From positions 28,830,001 to 28,894,000 of the forward strand of contig OY740806.1 of NCBI GenBank assembly GCA_963514005.1: DNA of 64,000 bases, given 5' to 3'. Shown here piece by piece: positions 26,246 to 38,669 of the stretch (its first letter is position 1; every line of letters begins with the position of its first letter). Both the position numbers and the translations under genes were made by a program. This DNA is from Raja brachyura. Its lineage: Eukaryota. Under the pieces are notes generated by a model. It was not told the DNA's origin. It saw nothing but the letters and a program-made list of their open reading frames with translations, and ran no database searches.

Positions 26246-27929
26246 TATGCCTTCAAGTTATTCTGAACATCTTCCTACATGTATAGAAAAGTCTTCTTTA
26301 CTGTTACACAGATAAAAGCTGATGATTCTGCTGGCTTTTTGCAGACATTTCAGGTGACTGGACAAATTCAGAAAGGGAGTAAAAATACCATTCACAGAAT
26401 GACAATGAATTTCTAAAGCTTCGTTTTTTATTTGAATATTTCTTTCAACAATTTTATTTTTGTTATGTAACATTGCATTCAGTAACTTTTTTCTTAAATC
26501 CAGCCAGCATCCTCCTCGTGTAAAGCCATTCAATTCCATAATATGAAGAGTTTTTAGTATATTATAATAGAACTCTGCTGTTAATACAATTATATTAATG
26601 TAGCGTGCACACACGTTAAATGAGTTGGCAATGCAGGTACATTAGGAATCCATAGTGTCAATAGTTGCAGCAAGCGCCAAGTGCTGAAACGTTTTCATCC
26701 GGCTACAAAAATATTTGTGGTGAGAACAGTTAGACCTTTTGGCGTTGTGCACTTACCAGTTTAAAGAGGAAGCCTTCAATCAAAAGTAGTAAGTAATAAG
26801 TTAATTTTGCTGTCAGAATTTAAACATGAAGACTCAATTAATGAACGTTGATATCTCTGCACTAAGTCATTGGGTACACATTGACTTTTTAATCAGTTTA
26901 TTTGGATAATTTTTGTGGGTCAGTGGATGCCTGCAGGCCACCATCGTAATTTTCCCATCATTGAAATAAAATGAGTTTGGATTTTAATCCTGATATTGTT
27001 AAACTTTAAGATAATTTTGAATTAAACAAAATGTATGCAGTTGCTTTTGAGAGCCATTGTTGTAAAAACAATACATTATTTTCCAAAGGCTCCTTTGATC
27101 ATTCAGGTGCTAGTCCAATATAAATTACATGAGATCGGGTTTTTGTGTGAACATTGATATCTGAACTTTAGATCACATTTTCAATTCTTGTTTTCTTTCT
27201 TAGTAAATGCTTTTGTTTCCAGAATGAATAGTTTATTGAAATAACAAAAGCCTTATCCAATGCCACATTCATAATGATAATGCCATTACATGGCAGAGGT
27301 TTGGTGATCATTTTCCGTCTAGCCGCCTTCAAAGTAAAATTATAGCGCATGGGTGTGATAACAATGTGAGAAATCCATTTGCAGAAAAGAAAGGCAGAAC
27401 TTGGCATTGATATAACAACTTATTAGGTCTCTCAAATGGAATGAAAACAGACAAGAACAACGGGTGTTCTCATGTTGTATGCAGGCAGTCTATTAATAGG
27501 CCATGTCCTGGACTTGCTGATAACTTAGTGAAACTACAATAGATATTCAATACAAATTATGAAAATCGATCTAATCGTTACCCTGCTGTTCATTGAAAAC
27601 ATGGTCAGTTTATGTTCCTGATTACTAATCATGAACATTTGCTATCAGATGGCATGCATAGACATCAGATGAAGGAGAAGGAATGTTACAAATGTGCAAA
27701 TATGACTGGAAATCACTGCAACTCTGCTGTGGATGTCGCACCTTTAGAAAAAGATGATGCTGATTTCCTTGTCCCTTTACTGTCATTTTGTTCTCTTTAG
27801 TAACATGCTTACAGATCTAAATAATGTAGATCCATCCGAGTTATCCAGCACGGAACAGACCCAACTTGTCCACGCTGGCCAAATCTAATTATATTTGGTG
27901 CCGCTGCTTTAGCAGCAGAATGTTTAACA

Positions 27930-27951
27930 ATATATATATATATATATATAT
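27930..27951. repeat. (TA)n microsatellite
   Basis: Direct observation. Confidence 0.95.
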
Positions 27952-28539
27952 TGCTGTAGTGGTATTGAGTTACTTTTTTTCCTGAAAAATGAGCACATTG
28001 CAAGGCAATTGCCCACAACTATTGCCATGGGAATCTACATTTCACTGTATAGTTCATAGGGGTTTTCTACACTATTGTCACAAAATTAAATGTGTAATTA
28101 TGTTAAGGATTATTTGAAATATTTAGGATTAATAGCAAGCTTCAACATTCATTCAGCCATAAATTTAAATATGCACCGCTTAGTTACAGAATTCTACAGT
28201 GTAAAGACAAATATTGAATACCGAGTTTAGATTTTGTCAATTAAAATTAATTGGAAAACATTCTGCGTGAGTAATAGTTATCACGTGTGGGGTTGTCTGA
28301 AATATCTTGCTGTAACCTTTCAAAATCAGGTTGGTCTTTAATCTGAATCCCTAGACATGTTAAAATTACATTTAAAAAAATATGATAGTCCCAGAGTTGC
28401 AGGCTGTTCTGTTACTGTGTTTTCTCAAAGCCTGTTCTCACTTTCTCAGCCGATCTCTGACTCTTTATCTCCATCTTTGGTCAGAGACAAAATTCCATTA
28501 GATACCTACAGGTTGACTACACCTCTGATGTGGTTTTCT

Positions 28540-28850
28540 ATACACTGTTTTCGAGATGTATTCCTTATTTTCTTAACAATGGTTTCCTCACCAACAGCAT
28601 TGATAGGACGCTCAGCCGTATCTGTTTCATTTTATGCACTGCTGTTCTCATCTGACCCATCATTCCACTCTTGAGTTCAATAGCGTTTCCCTTGCCTTCC
28701 TTCTCCAGTCCACCAGCTCCACAATTTCTGATAAAAGTTTTTGACCTAAATCATTTGATCTAAAATAACTCTTTATCACTCTCTTCGTAGATCCTGCTTG
28801 ACCTGCTATGTATTGCCAGAATTGTCTGTATTTGTTTTAGATTTCTACCA
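28540..28850 (+). mobile_element. Degenerate Penelope-like fragment
   Basis: FLNNGF....IDR.L-like motif and a degenerate PLE terminal unit (ctgataaaag..gacctaaa..cctgcttgacctgct). Confidence 0.5.
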
Positions 28851-29383
28851 ATTTCACTTTTTTTTTGTTTTTCAATTACTTTAGTTAATTGATAACTGTT
28901 GCCATCTTTTCCTAAAAAACCTTCATCACCTTCCTTGGAGATAACTAAAAAACAGAGGATACAGCTTTTAGATCCTTGAAGGTTGTAGGGTTCCCCTGAG
29001 TCAACTATTTTATTACCAGATATTTTCATGAGCAAAACTTGTTGCCTTCATTCCAACAAATTGTATTCCAATCTTGTGCACTTGTTGTATGGTCATCAGC
29101 AACCCATCGAAGACACTCTCTTGGTGCAGACTCTCTGCTATATGCCTAATATATGTTCTCTTTGAAGATCGACATATTTCCTTGCTTGCCTAGCTAAGAA
29201 AAGGATGCACTTCACACTGATAGAACTTGCTTCATTATGTAGTATTGAGTTGTATAACCTACAATTCGTAATATTTCTGTATTGGCCAAAAAACTTATTG
29301 TTTAGTTTTCTTTATGATTGGTATGATTGATCAAATATTATTTGTGATGATTATGCACAAATCTATCTATTTCCTCATTACAG

Positions 29384-29568
29384 GTGGCTTGAAGTTCAGA
29401 TTATTAACCTGACGAGCACTCAATACTGGGTTGTATACCTCAAGCTTTTACAAGAGGCTATCTGGCCTGGAGGAGCTTTACCTAAATGTCCAAAACCTGC
29501 TCGAACTCAAGAGCAGAAAATGCAGACCCAGGAGCTGGCCTTACAATGTCTCATGAAGATGCTACCAG
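29384..29568 (+). CDS. SNX19: SNX19 internal coding exon (third from last), PXC/Nexin_C domain
   Basis: Acceptor ttcctcattacag|G and donor CCAG|gttaat. 185 bp, translating as (R)WLEVQIINLTSTQYWVVYLKLLQEAIWPGGALPKCPKPARTQEQKMQTQELALQCLMKMLP. This closely matches my recollection of vertebrate SNX19 (WLEVQVANLTSPQRWVQYL..LQESIWPGGVLPKFPRPVRTQEQK). Confidence 0.96.
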
Positions 29569-30734
29569 GTTAATATATTTTTATTTTTAATAAATACAAG
29601 AATTAATCAGATTTGCCTTCTGCTAAAGAATGATTTTTCTATACTTGCTATGTGGCTTATAAAAGAGAATAAATGTACAAATTGAAGGCAAATTAAATAT
29701 GTTCATTGTGAATGAAATGCTTACTACAGGAGTCAGCAGCCCAAATAACGAGGTGTGTATTGAATTTTGAAAATAATGCTTCATCTTAAGAGCCACAAAC
29801 ATGTGACTCCACTCTCCCTAACCAAATAACAGGACAAAGATGTAGTCTTTTCAAGATCAATGATGCTTATCTTTTTCATGAAGGCCAGATTTGCAAACAA
29901 AGCCCCATCCAGAGACCACTCAAGAGGAACAGGTTTTAATTGCACATAGCTAGACACTGGTACCTTTAGACATGTTTGATCACTCAAGTGCTGTGGTTCT
30001 CATTACTCCACTCACTGTCTCCTCACTGTTCCATGGAATATGTGCTTACTATTCCACTCACAACCACTCTGCAGCTACCTGCTGCTTCCTCAGTGCCCCT
30101 TCACTGAATCCCGCTACCATCTTGCAGCTCCCTCCGCTGCCCCATTCACCAGACCTCTGTTGCTGCTTCTCACCTTGTCAATGATCTCAACATCTCTCTC
30201 AAAGAAAATGTTTTGCAAAAAATTAGTTCAGGCAACGTTTAGGTTTAAGCTTATCATTGTCATGTTTAATTAGGTAAAGTGAAAACCTTTATTTGGCATG
30301 TCCTCCAATCAGATCAGATAACTGTCTTGCTTCATGTTTCTAACATCTGCAGTATTTACATTTTCAACATCTTCCACGTTTAAAACCACTTGAGCTTCCT
30401 AATGAGTGGCAATGATAAAGGTTTTTTTTTCTTCTTGAATAACCATTCTTCTTGAAATTAAAACAACAACTTCAAACATTTGAGGCAGCTAAAACAGAAT
30501 TAGAAACTAAAATTAATTTTCAGACATCATTCTATTCCTTCACTATATGAGGTGCTATCTCAAGAAGGCGACATCTAACATAAAAGGATCCCAACATCCG
30601 GGCCCTGCTCCCTTCTTGCTGCTACCGTCGAGCGGGTGGTACAGACGCCCAAAGTCACCCCACACCACCTGTTCAGTGCTGCCACTGAAGTTTGTAAGTT
30701 TATTATTCTATAAGTACATAAAAGTTCTATAAGT

Positions 30735-31150
30735 ACCTTATGGAGGTAGAAGCAGTCATGAGGATTGTAGGTATGGTAAATATTCATAAACTTTTTCCCA
30801 TGGTAGAGGTGTTTAAATCTAGAGGACATGGGTTGAAGGAGATAAGAGAAAGATTTTAAAAGAGACCTGAAGGGATAGTTTTCACAGACGTGGAGAGAGC
30901 TGCCAGATGAAGGGGTAGAGAAGGACACAATGACAACATCTGAAAGACAGTTAGACAGGTACGAGGATAGGAAAGGTTTCAAGGGATATGGGCAAATGGG
31001 GCAGCATATGGACGAGGGTACACAAAAGGCTGGAGAAACTCAGCGGGTGCAGCAGCATCTAAGGAGCGAAGGAGATAGGCGACGTTTTGGGTCGAGACCC
31101 TTCTAGTTGGGTTGAAATGCCTGTTTCTGTGCTGTATAACTCCAGGAATT
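30735..31150 (+). mobile_element. CR1/HER1-like 3' fragment with a nested short Penelope-derived piece (~31012-31105)
   Basis: CR1 C-terminal motifs. The insert matches the left arm of the palindrome at 42855. Confidence 0.75.
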
Positions 31151-32321
31151 TATGAACCTTGAAATTATTTTTCAGTTGTAAACCTTTTTACTCTGGAGCT
31201 CATCTTTGAATTCGGTAATAAAGTGTAGGTTTAACTGTGATGCATTTCTGTTTATCTTTTGCTTTGTTTTTATTATCCTTTGCTTTTATAACTTGGGTAT
31301 GTTTGAATACATGTTCAGATTGATAACTTTATCTTCATAATTGGCATGGGAGACGTTTGGGTCAATTATGGGGTGGGAGCTAATTAATGATACTCCCTCA
31401 CTTAACTCCTTAATACATTTGAGCTTTTCATTATGACAAAATTTCATCATCTTAACAAAATATTTGCAAAAGTATGGAGAAAACAATGCAATCAGCACTT
31501 TTTAAAATAAAAAATAAAATCTATTTACGAATGGTATTAAAAGATGTTGCTTGAAACGCAATTGCCACTGTTAATAGAACATTGCAACCATGTCTCCATG
31601 TACAGAAAACTGTCTAAGCTGACATTGGCTTAGTTGTTAGCCTTAGTTGTTAGACTTCCTTTCTAAAGCATGTTGTGCACAATATAAATCAGGTCAAATA
31701 AATATATTAATTCTGTCTTGTTGAGGCAGTGTAAAGAAGTTGTACTGTGATCTTCAAAATGTCGTTTGGTTATAAATTCTATTAATATTTGACCCAGTGT
31801 TCCACTTTTGGCTGCTTCATCAATTTTGCATCCCATCTATTAAAACAACTGCCAAAATGCACTTTTATGGTTAAGTTCATATCTCTCTGTTGGTTTCCAG
31901 TTATGTAAACCATTTATACTTTAGCATCAGCAATATGATTTGCCTCATTTAGCCGTGGAGAAACTTTTACAATTAGACAAAACATATCTTGAGTTCCAAG
32001 CACTGCTTATCATTTGTTTTGGAAGGCCTGCTTTTCTTAATCTTATACAATAAATCACATTATAAATCACTTTATAAAGTGCCTGCTTTTTGTAACACTT
32101 TTAAGATATTGTTTTGTTTTTTCAAGATATGAAGGGCTTAAATGATTGAACTTGTAAGTATTAGCCTTCCAGCATTCACTTGTTAATAATAAAGCTTACT
32201 CTTTGTTATCCAACAATGCCACATTATCCAAACTTATCAATGTAATTTGGCTCTTAAATTATGCATTTCTGTTTGCTAAAGCAATAGACAGTAAATGTGT
32301 ACAAGCGTAGTGCCTTTAGGT

Positions 32322-32650
32322 GGCAGTCTTGGCTCAATTGTAAAGTCTCAGGGTCTGAATTATGGGTCCATGTTGCACTCCAGAGATCTGAGCACCAAAC
32401 CCAGTGATGTTTAACAAAAAGTCCTGTCCCACATGAAAATAATGATCCTCCTGCAATTTGAAGAAGAGTGAGAGTAATTTCCTTGTGATTTTAATCTCAC
32501 CAATAACTCTAGAACGTTACTTGGCTGCTTTTTTTACTGTTCATTTCGGGAACTCTGTGTGCTGATTAGTGGTCACGTTTTTCAGCAATAATGACTGCTA
32601 AGTATTGTTTGGTTGTAAGACAACATGGAAGTGCACATTATTCATTTCCT
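32322..32650 (+). mobile_element. Ancient Deu-domain SINE (SacSINE1/AmnSINE1-related), degenerate
   Basis: tRNA-like head cttggctcaattg..cactccagagatctgagcac and Deu-like core gatcc..gcaatttgaagaagag..ag..tttcctt.gtg, compared from memory. Confidence 0.6.
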
Positions 32651-33544
32651 TTTTCCTTCACTCCATTCTCCTTTGTGTTTTGCTATTTTGATGTCCCATT
32701 CTTCGCATGTCTCGTGGAGTGTCAGAGCAATTGTTATTTTGAAGTCCCATCAAAGTTGTTGCATTGTAAATGTAAGAATTACATTCATAGCTTTTAGAGA
32801 ATAATTCAGGGAACTTCGAGGGAGGTCAGAGTTCTCGTTCAATCTGAAGTGACTCTAGGTGACAGATGGAGCAATAACATTGAGCACCTGTGGCAACGGT
32901 TGCAAAATAGATTCCATATCCTTCTTAACAGCAGTTATTTTCTGCAATAGGAGCTATTCTAGTCAAAAATCTTTGAAAACATTTAGGCAAACGAACAAAA
33001 AATTGCAATAAACATCTCTAAAACTGAACTAAAACAAAATTTCATAATTGCATTTAGTAGCTTCCTTTGCCCTCCTTTTCTATTACTATATTTTAAACTG
33101 ATTGGGTCTCACACATTTGCTAACCAATTGTAAATATTTGCTTTAAATAATATAGGGGTTGGTTGTTTTGTGCAACACATGCTCTAAATTCATTTCTACA
33201 AAACTTAATCAATTTCATTGACGATAGGGAATATTAGCACTGGGGCATAATTGTATGCAATGGCATCCTGTGTAATAAAAGTTAATTGAATATTGCCCAG
33301 CATAAAACCTGGGGTCATCATCTTTCTGTAATAATTTTTTCACTTCCTAAATTCTTAAATAAAATAAAATCTTCAGCGTCCTTTTAAAATTGTCAGTTTA
33401 AGATATGTATTTTATATCTGAAGAGGAAAAAATCGATTTCCTATATCACAGCACTTGCCACTTCCCATAAAAGAGACTTACTGTTCTGTGGCCTTTCTGT
33501 GGTTAGTGTTGGTTGTGGCTCTGCCACGTTTTAGAATCTATGTC

Positions 33545-33905
33545 AGAAATCATGAGAGGAATAGATCACGTAGATGCACAGAGTCTCTTGTCCAGACTAG
33601 GTGAATTGAGGACCAGAGGACACAGGTTTAAGGTGAAGGGGAAAAAATGTAATGGTATTCTGAGGGGTAACTTTTTCACAAAAAGGGTGGTGGGTAAATG
33701 GAACAAGCTGCCAGAGGAGGTAATTGAGACAGGGACTATCCCAACATTTAAGAAACAGTTGGACAGGAACATGGATAGGTCAGGTTTGGAAGGATATGGA
33801 CCAAACACAGGCAGGTGGGACGAGTGTAGCTGGGACATGTTGGCCGGTGTGGGCAAGTTGGGCCGAAGGACTTGTTTCCACACTGTAGCACTCTATGACT
33901 CTAAT
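33545..33905 (+). mobile_element. CR1/HER1-like LINE 3' fragment
   Basis: RTRGHRFKVKG, NFFTKRVVGKWNKLP, QLDRNMDR.GLEGYGP. Confidence 0.9.
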
Positions 33906-34077
33906 CCCGACGTTCGGCAGAACCTTGCTGATTAGGATGACATTGGCTTCGCAAGGAAATTCTCATTGTTGATTAGTGTGGCTTATCAGATGTGTGACAA
34001 ATGCTCACAGCTTTTATTTCCTGTTTCTCAAAGGAATTTTATTTTAATTATTACAACTGCTCCTTGATTTATTTGTT

Positions 34078-34541
34078 TTGTATATCGGCAAGAGCAAGTG
34101 CAGGCTCGGCGATCGTTTCGCTGAACACCTCCGCTCAGTCCGCCTTAACCTACCTGATCTCCCGGTTACTCAGAACTTTAATTCCCCTTCCCATTCCCAA
34201 TCTGGCCTTTCAGTCCTGGGCCTCCTCCATTGTCAAAGTGAGTCCCAGTGCAAATTGGAGGAACAGCACCTCATATTTTGCTTGGTTAGCTTACATCCCA
34301 GCAGTATGAGCATTGAATTCTCTAACTTCCAGTAGCTCTTGCTTTCCCTCTCTCTCCATCCCTTCCCTCATCCCAGTTCTTTCACCAGTCTTACTGTCTC
34401 CGACCACATTCTATCTCTGTCCCACCCACTCCCCTGACATCAGTCTGAAGAAGGGTCTCGACCCAAAACGTCACCCATTCCTTCTCACCAGAGATGATGC
34501 CTGTCCCGCTGAGTTACTCCAGCATTCTGTGCCTACCTTGA
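34078..34541 (+). mobile_element. Penelope-like element 3' end encoding part of a GIY-YIG endonuclease
   Basis: YIGKSKCRLGDRFAEHLRSV...FNSPSHS...KLEEQHLIFCL.SLHP.SMSIEFS. Followed by a 3'UTR with ctgaagaagggtctcgacccaaaacgtc (hammerhead-like, GAAA changed to AAAA). Confidence 0.9.
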
Positions 34542-34849
34542 TTTATTTTATTGAATATTGTAGTTTAAATACCAGTCTTGATTGACGTGGACAAGTTAGG
34601 CTGAAGGGTCTCCTTCTGTTCCGTGTGACTATGATTCTATAATAATAAAATGTTTCTGCATCACCTTGGAAAGAGAAGGATACTCATTTATGCCACGAGG
34701 ATTGGGATTGATGGCTGGGAAGATGAAGAAATGTATTCCCTTACTCCAGCCATGATCCTTGAATTATTGATGCATAGACTTGAATTTTAGATTGATGTAG
34801 TTTGTGCAATTTACTTTTTATGCAATTTGGGTGGTGGGGTCACCCCAGC

Positions 34850-35330
34850 GGTGAGGTCAGTGTTTATTACCCATCATCATTTTCCCGTTGAACGGAGGTG
34901 GTGCACCTCAAACTACTGTAGAGAGTCAGTGAGGTGCCCTCACAGTGCTGTTGGATGGACTTCCCAGGATCTTGACCCAGAAGTGATAAATTGGCAGGTC
35001 AAGATGTGTAACTTGATGGAGAGCTTGCAAGTAATTGCTTTCCTCTGCAGTGCTCCCTTAACCTTCTGGGTATCTGAGGTCATGGTTTTGAAGTTGTCAA
35101 CAATGCCTTGCTGAGTTGTAGCAATGGATTTGGAAAATGGTAGTCTTTGGATCCCAACCAAGTGACCACAGTCTTGGATGTGAACCTCTTGAGTGTTGTT
35201 GGAACTGCACTCATGTTGGCAATGGAGGGTATTCCATTATATTCTTGACATGTCAGAAGAATTTTGGAAGGCAGGAGATGTATTTTGTGCCACAGAGTAC
35301 CCAGCTTCACATATTTTTGGTGATAATACA
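34850..35330 (-). mobile_element. Old CR1-group LINE 3' fragment
   Basis: Minus-strand ITSGSRSWEVHP.ST-like motif and tail gatgggtaataaacact. Related pieces at about 43335-43560 and 43830-44260. Confidence 0.55.
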
Positions 35331-35489
35331 ATTATACAGCTAGACTATTTAACGTGACCCGAAGGATAACCCATAGGTGTACTAACATGGGCCAAATGAA
35401 GCAGGTGGGAGGAGTGTAGATGGGGCGTGTTGGGCGGTGTGGGCAAATTTGGCCGAAGGGCCTGTTTCAACGCTGTATAACTCTATGAT

Positions 35490-35790
35490 TCTACTGCAGC
35501 AAGTGGTACTGCTGGCTTTCAACTCCAGTGACCCAGATTTAGTCCTGACCTCCCATCATTGCACATTCTTCCTATGGCTATGTGGTTTTCCCTCAGGACG
35601 TGGTTTCCTTCCATGTCCCACAGACATGCTGGTTGATAGGTTATTTGGTCAATGTAAATGACCCCCCCAGGTGAAGTGTGTGGGAAATCAATGGGCATGT
35701 GTGATAAGTGAATAAATAGGATTGATGGGATTACTTTGAGAGCTGTCATCTATGGGCAAAGAACGGCCTCTTCTATTGTAATAAAATATA
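35490..35790 (+). mobile_element. V-SINE, degenerate
   Basis: tgtggttttccctcaggacgtggtttccttccatgtcccacagac V-domain remnant. Confidence 0.6.
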
Positions 35791-36215
35791 AATGCGATGC
35801 TGGGGAATTTGTGGTAAGAATAGCCAAGGTATAGAAAACTACAATCAAGTGGTTGGTATGAATATGATGGACTGAAGGACTGTGTTGAATGGTCGAGCAG
35901 GCAATTTGATTTTTACTGGATAACTGTGATTGGACTTGATATCGCATGTTACTTGCGGGGCGGGCAATCCTGAATGATCTCCAAGTCTTACAAATTGGAG
36001 GAAAGGTAAACAGTGTTAAGTGTGGGTCTTGTTTTTTTTTGTAGAACTGTAGAAAATGCAATTTCGTTCAAACCAAGCTGGTTGAATGACAATAAAGGGC
36101 ATTCTATTCTATTCTATTCTATACAGTATCTGAGAACATTTTTTACCATAAGCCAAGTTACCTTAACTAATGACCTATACCTTTTGATTAAACACTTTTT
36201 CTTCTATTTTGACAG

Positions 36216-36303
36216 CTCTGATTCCTGAGGTTCTTGGTGAAGAAGGTTATGAGAAAAGTTGGCAGCTAGTGCTGGAATCTCTGCAGGATCCTGTGATAAA
36301 CAG
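36216..36303 (+). CDS. SNX19: SNX19 penultimate coding exon
   Basis: Pyrimidine tract cttttttcttctattttgacag|, donor AACAG|gttggt. 88 bp, phase-compatible with the previous exon (G+CT=Ala): ALIPEVLGEEGYEKSWQLVLESLQDPVIN(R), matching the SNX19 motif SW.LVLESLQ.P.INR. Confidence 0.95.
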
Positions 36304-36929
36304 GTTGGTCCACTACAGACCTTTAGATTTGCCAAGTTCAGTTTTGTACTTCGGTTGAGTTGCCAGGCTGAGAATTCACTCTGAATTGAAATGCCCTGTA
36401 GTGTTCATCTTCGTTAGAAGAAAATTATTAGATTAGTATGTTTAATGAAAACTATTGCTGAACAAAAGAAATGCATTCAATCTTGCTCTAATACTTATCT
36501 ATCAGAAATAGTTAAGATTTGTTTTTGGCAATATCCTTATAGATCACTTTTACTGTATTTTTATATGTGTGAATAATGAGAAATTAGAAAATAATGTTGT
36601 CCACTTACTGTATGCTCCAATCCTACTGAGATTTAAAGTGCATTCCAGATGTGATGATCACTAAACACACATAATTTATTTATCATCCATTTAATAACGT
36701 ATGACATAATAAAAGCTTCTCAATTTCTCTATCACCCAGGTTATCAGTGTGGAAACGGTAGTGATACAAACTCAGTAGGCGTGAACTCAGTTGGCCAAAT
36801 TGCTGGTTTCAATGCTGTATCTCTAAAATGTGATCTGTATCTCTAAAACCACATGCATGCTGCAATGGGGCAACCTGAACTGCACACAATGCTCTGAATG
36901 CAACTTAATCAAAGACTTTCTGCCTTTGG

Positions 36930-37390
36930 ATTTTTGCATGCAGTTCTGGTCACCCGATTGCAGGAAAGATTGCATACAAACATGTGAACACTTTAAAGAG
37001 GGTGCAGAGGAGATTGACCATAATGATGTCTGGAATAGAGGGCTTCAGCTACAGGGAAAGGTTGGATAGACTTGGAATGTTTTCTCTTGAACATCGGAGA
37101 TTGAGGGCAAACGATAAAAGTTTATAAAATTATGAAGGGCATGGATAGGATTGACAGTCAGAACCTTTTTCCCAGGGTGGAAATGTCCAACACTGGAGGG
37201 CATAGCTATAAGATTAGTTTAGAAAGTTTAACAGAGATTTGTGTGGCAAGCCCTGAGTGTGTCGGAAGTGAATATGAAAGTGGGATAACATGGAACAAGT
37301 GGGAAAAGGTAATCGATGGTCAGTGTGGACTTAGTGGGTTGAAGGACCTGTTTCCACACTGTATCTTCCAATCAATCAATTAATCAAAGA
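36930..37390 (+). mobile_element. CR1/HER1-like fragment fused to a SINE tail
   Basis: QFWSP..RKD and MKGMDRIDSQNLFPRVEMSNT.GH motifs; (caat)n tail. Confidence 0.75.
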
Positions 37391-38669
37391 TTTAAAACCG
37401 TGTTTGCTGCTTTATGGTTTTATATGTTTGATTATCAACTTCTTACTGCTTTCTTGTAATCCTCATATTTTAACAAGTGCTCTTGACTTCTTCAGATTTG
37501 CTCAGTTGACTTCAAGCATATGAACTGAGCAAGTGTCAGATTTTCCACCTATCTAAGGCAACAAAGCTGCCCAACAGCTTTGGAACTGCACAATCCATTC
37601 CTAATAGAATGTACTGAGGCATGACAGATAAAATGCTTCACATGTCTACTGGCGATATTGGGAGGATGTTCATATTGCTTCTTATACTGAAAATTTAAGG
37701 TGAAAATTGACTGCAGAATCTCTCAGTACAGAAGTCTTGAGAAAACTCAGTCTCAGCTGTAATTAGAATTCAGTCAATATCAAATTGAATGAAAATTACT
37801 GTACATAACTTGAACCAAATGTTTGGTAGCAATGTTGTCTACTTTGCCAATCTTTATGAGACCAAATGAAATCTGCATTTAATTTTTTTGAAGCCTTTTT
37901 GGCTCCCAGTCGGTACTATCAGCACAATGGTGGCATCTCACGGGATTAGAAAATGAGGGAGAAAAAGCCTTGCTTTGTAGCTCAGTCTTGGAAAGCAGTG
38001 CAGGATATATTTTTCAAGTGACCCATAGCTCATAAAACATCTTTTTTTAAATTTCAAACAAATGAAAAGATCTGGAGCCATTTACTTGCCACCTTTTTAT
38101 TGGAAAACCTTTGTATATATTATGTTATAAAAAATGATTAGAAATCGTTTTTGGTATAGTGGACACATTTTCCACATGCTGGATTGCATTTAAGCAAGCC
38201 AACTAAACCATGAATGATTTTATGTTGCTTTAAATAGTGCATTTCTTGGGGAGACTCTGGCTGCAGGCAACAGATTTTTAGGGTTCCGTCAAAAAATTGG
38301 TAGGAAATGCATACCAAATGTACACTTTCATTGCCAAAATTTGGTCTAATATTGTGAGTCGAAATCCCAAGATCCCCACTTTATGCATACCCAACAGCAT
38401 TAACAAGTATTAAGTCTAGGAATTTGGTCTTTGTTGGTAACAAGGTCCCAGGATAAATCCTGACTCAGTCTCTCATAAATCTAGTGTGGTTTGCAGTTGC
38501 ACTTTAGTCTTGACTATATTTTCTTTTCCTTTCGGACCTCAAAGGTTGCGGATTCCAACAATCTTGAATTCTAGCACTTCTCCAGACCTTCTATCTCCCT
38601 TTACCTTTCTCTACATCCTGGCAATGGAGGGTATTCCATTGACTACATGTCTCCCACCAGGACCTGCCA

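Noticed and set aside
1-29383. Upstream SNX19 exon (expected WLC.E...FG.L..R motif)
   Set aside because: Not found by eye. It probably lies before the window, though a diverged or short exon could have been missed.
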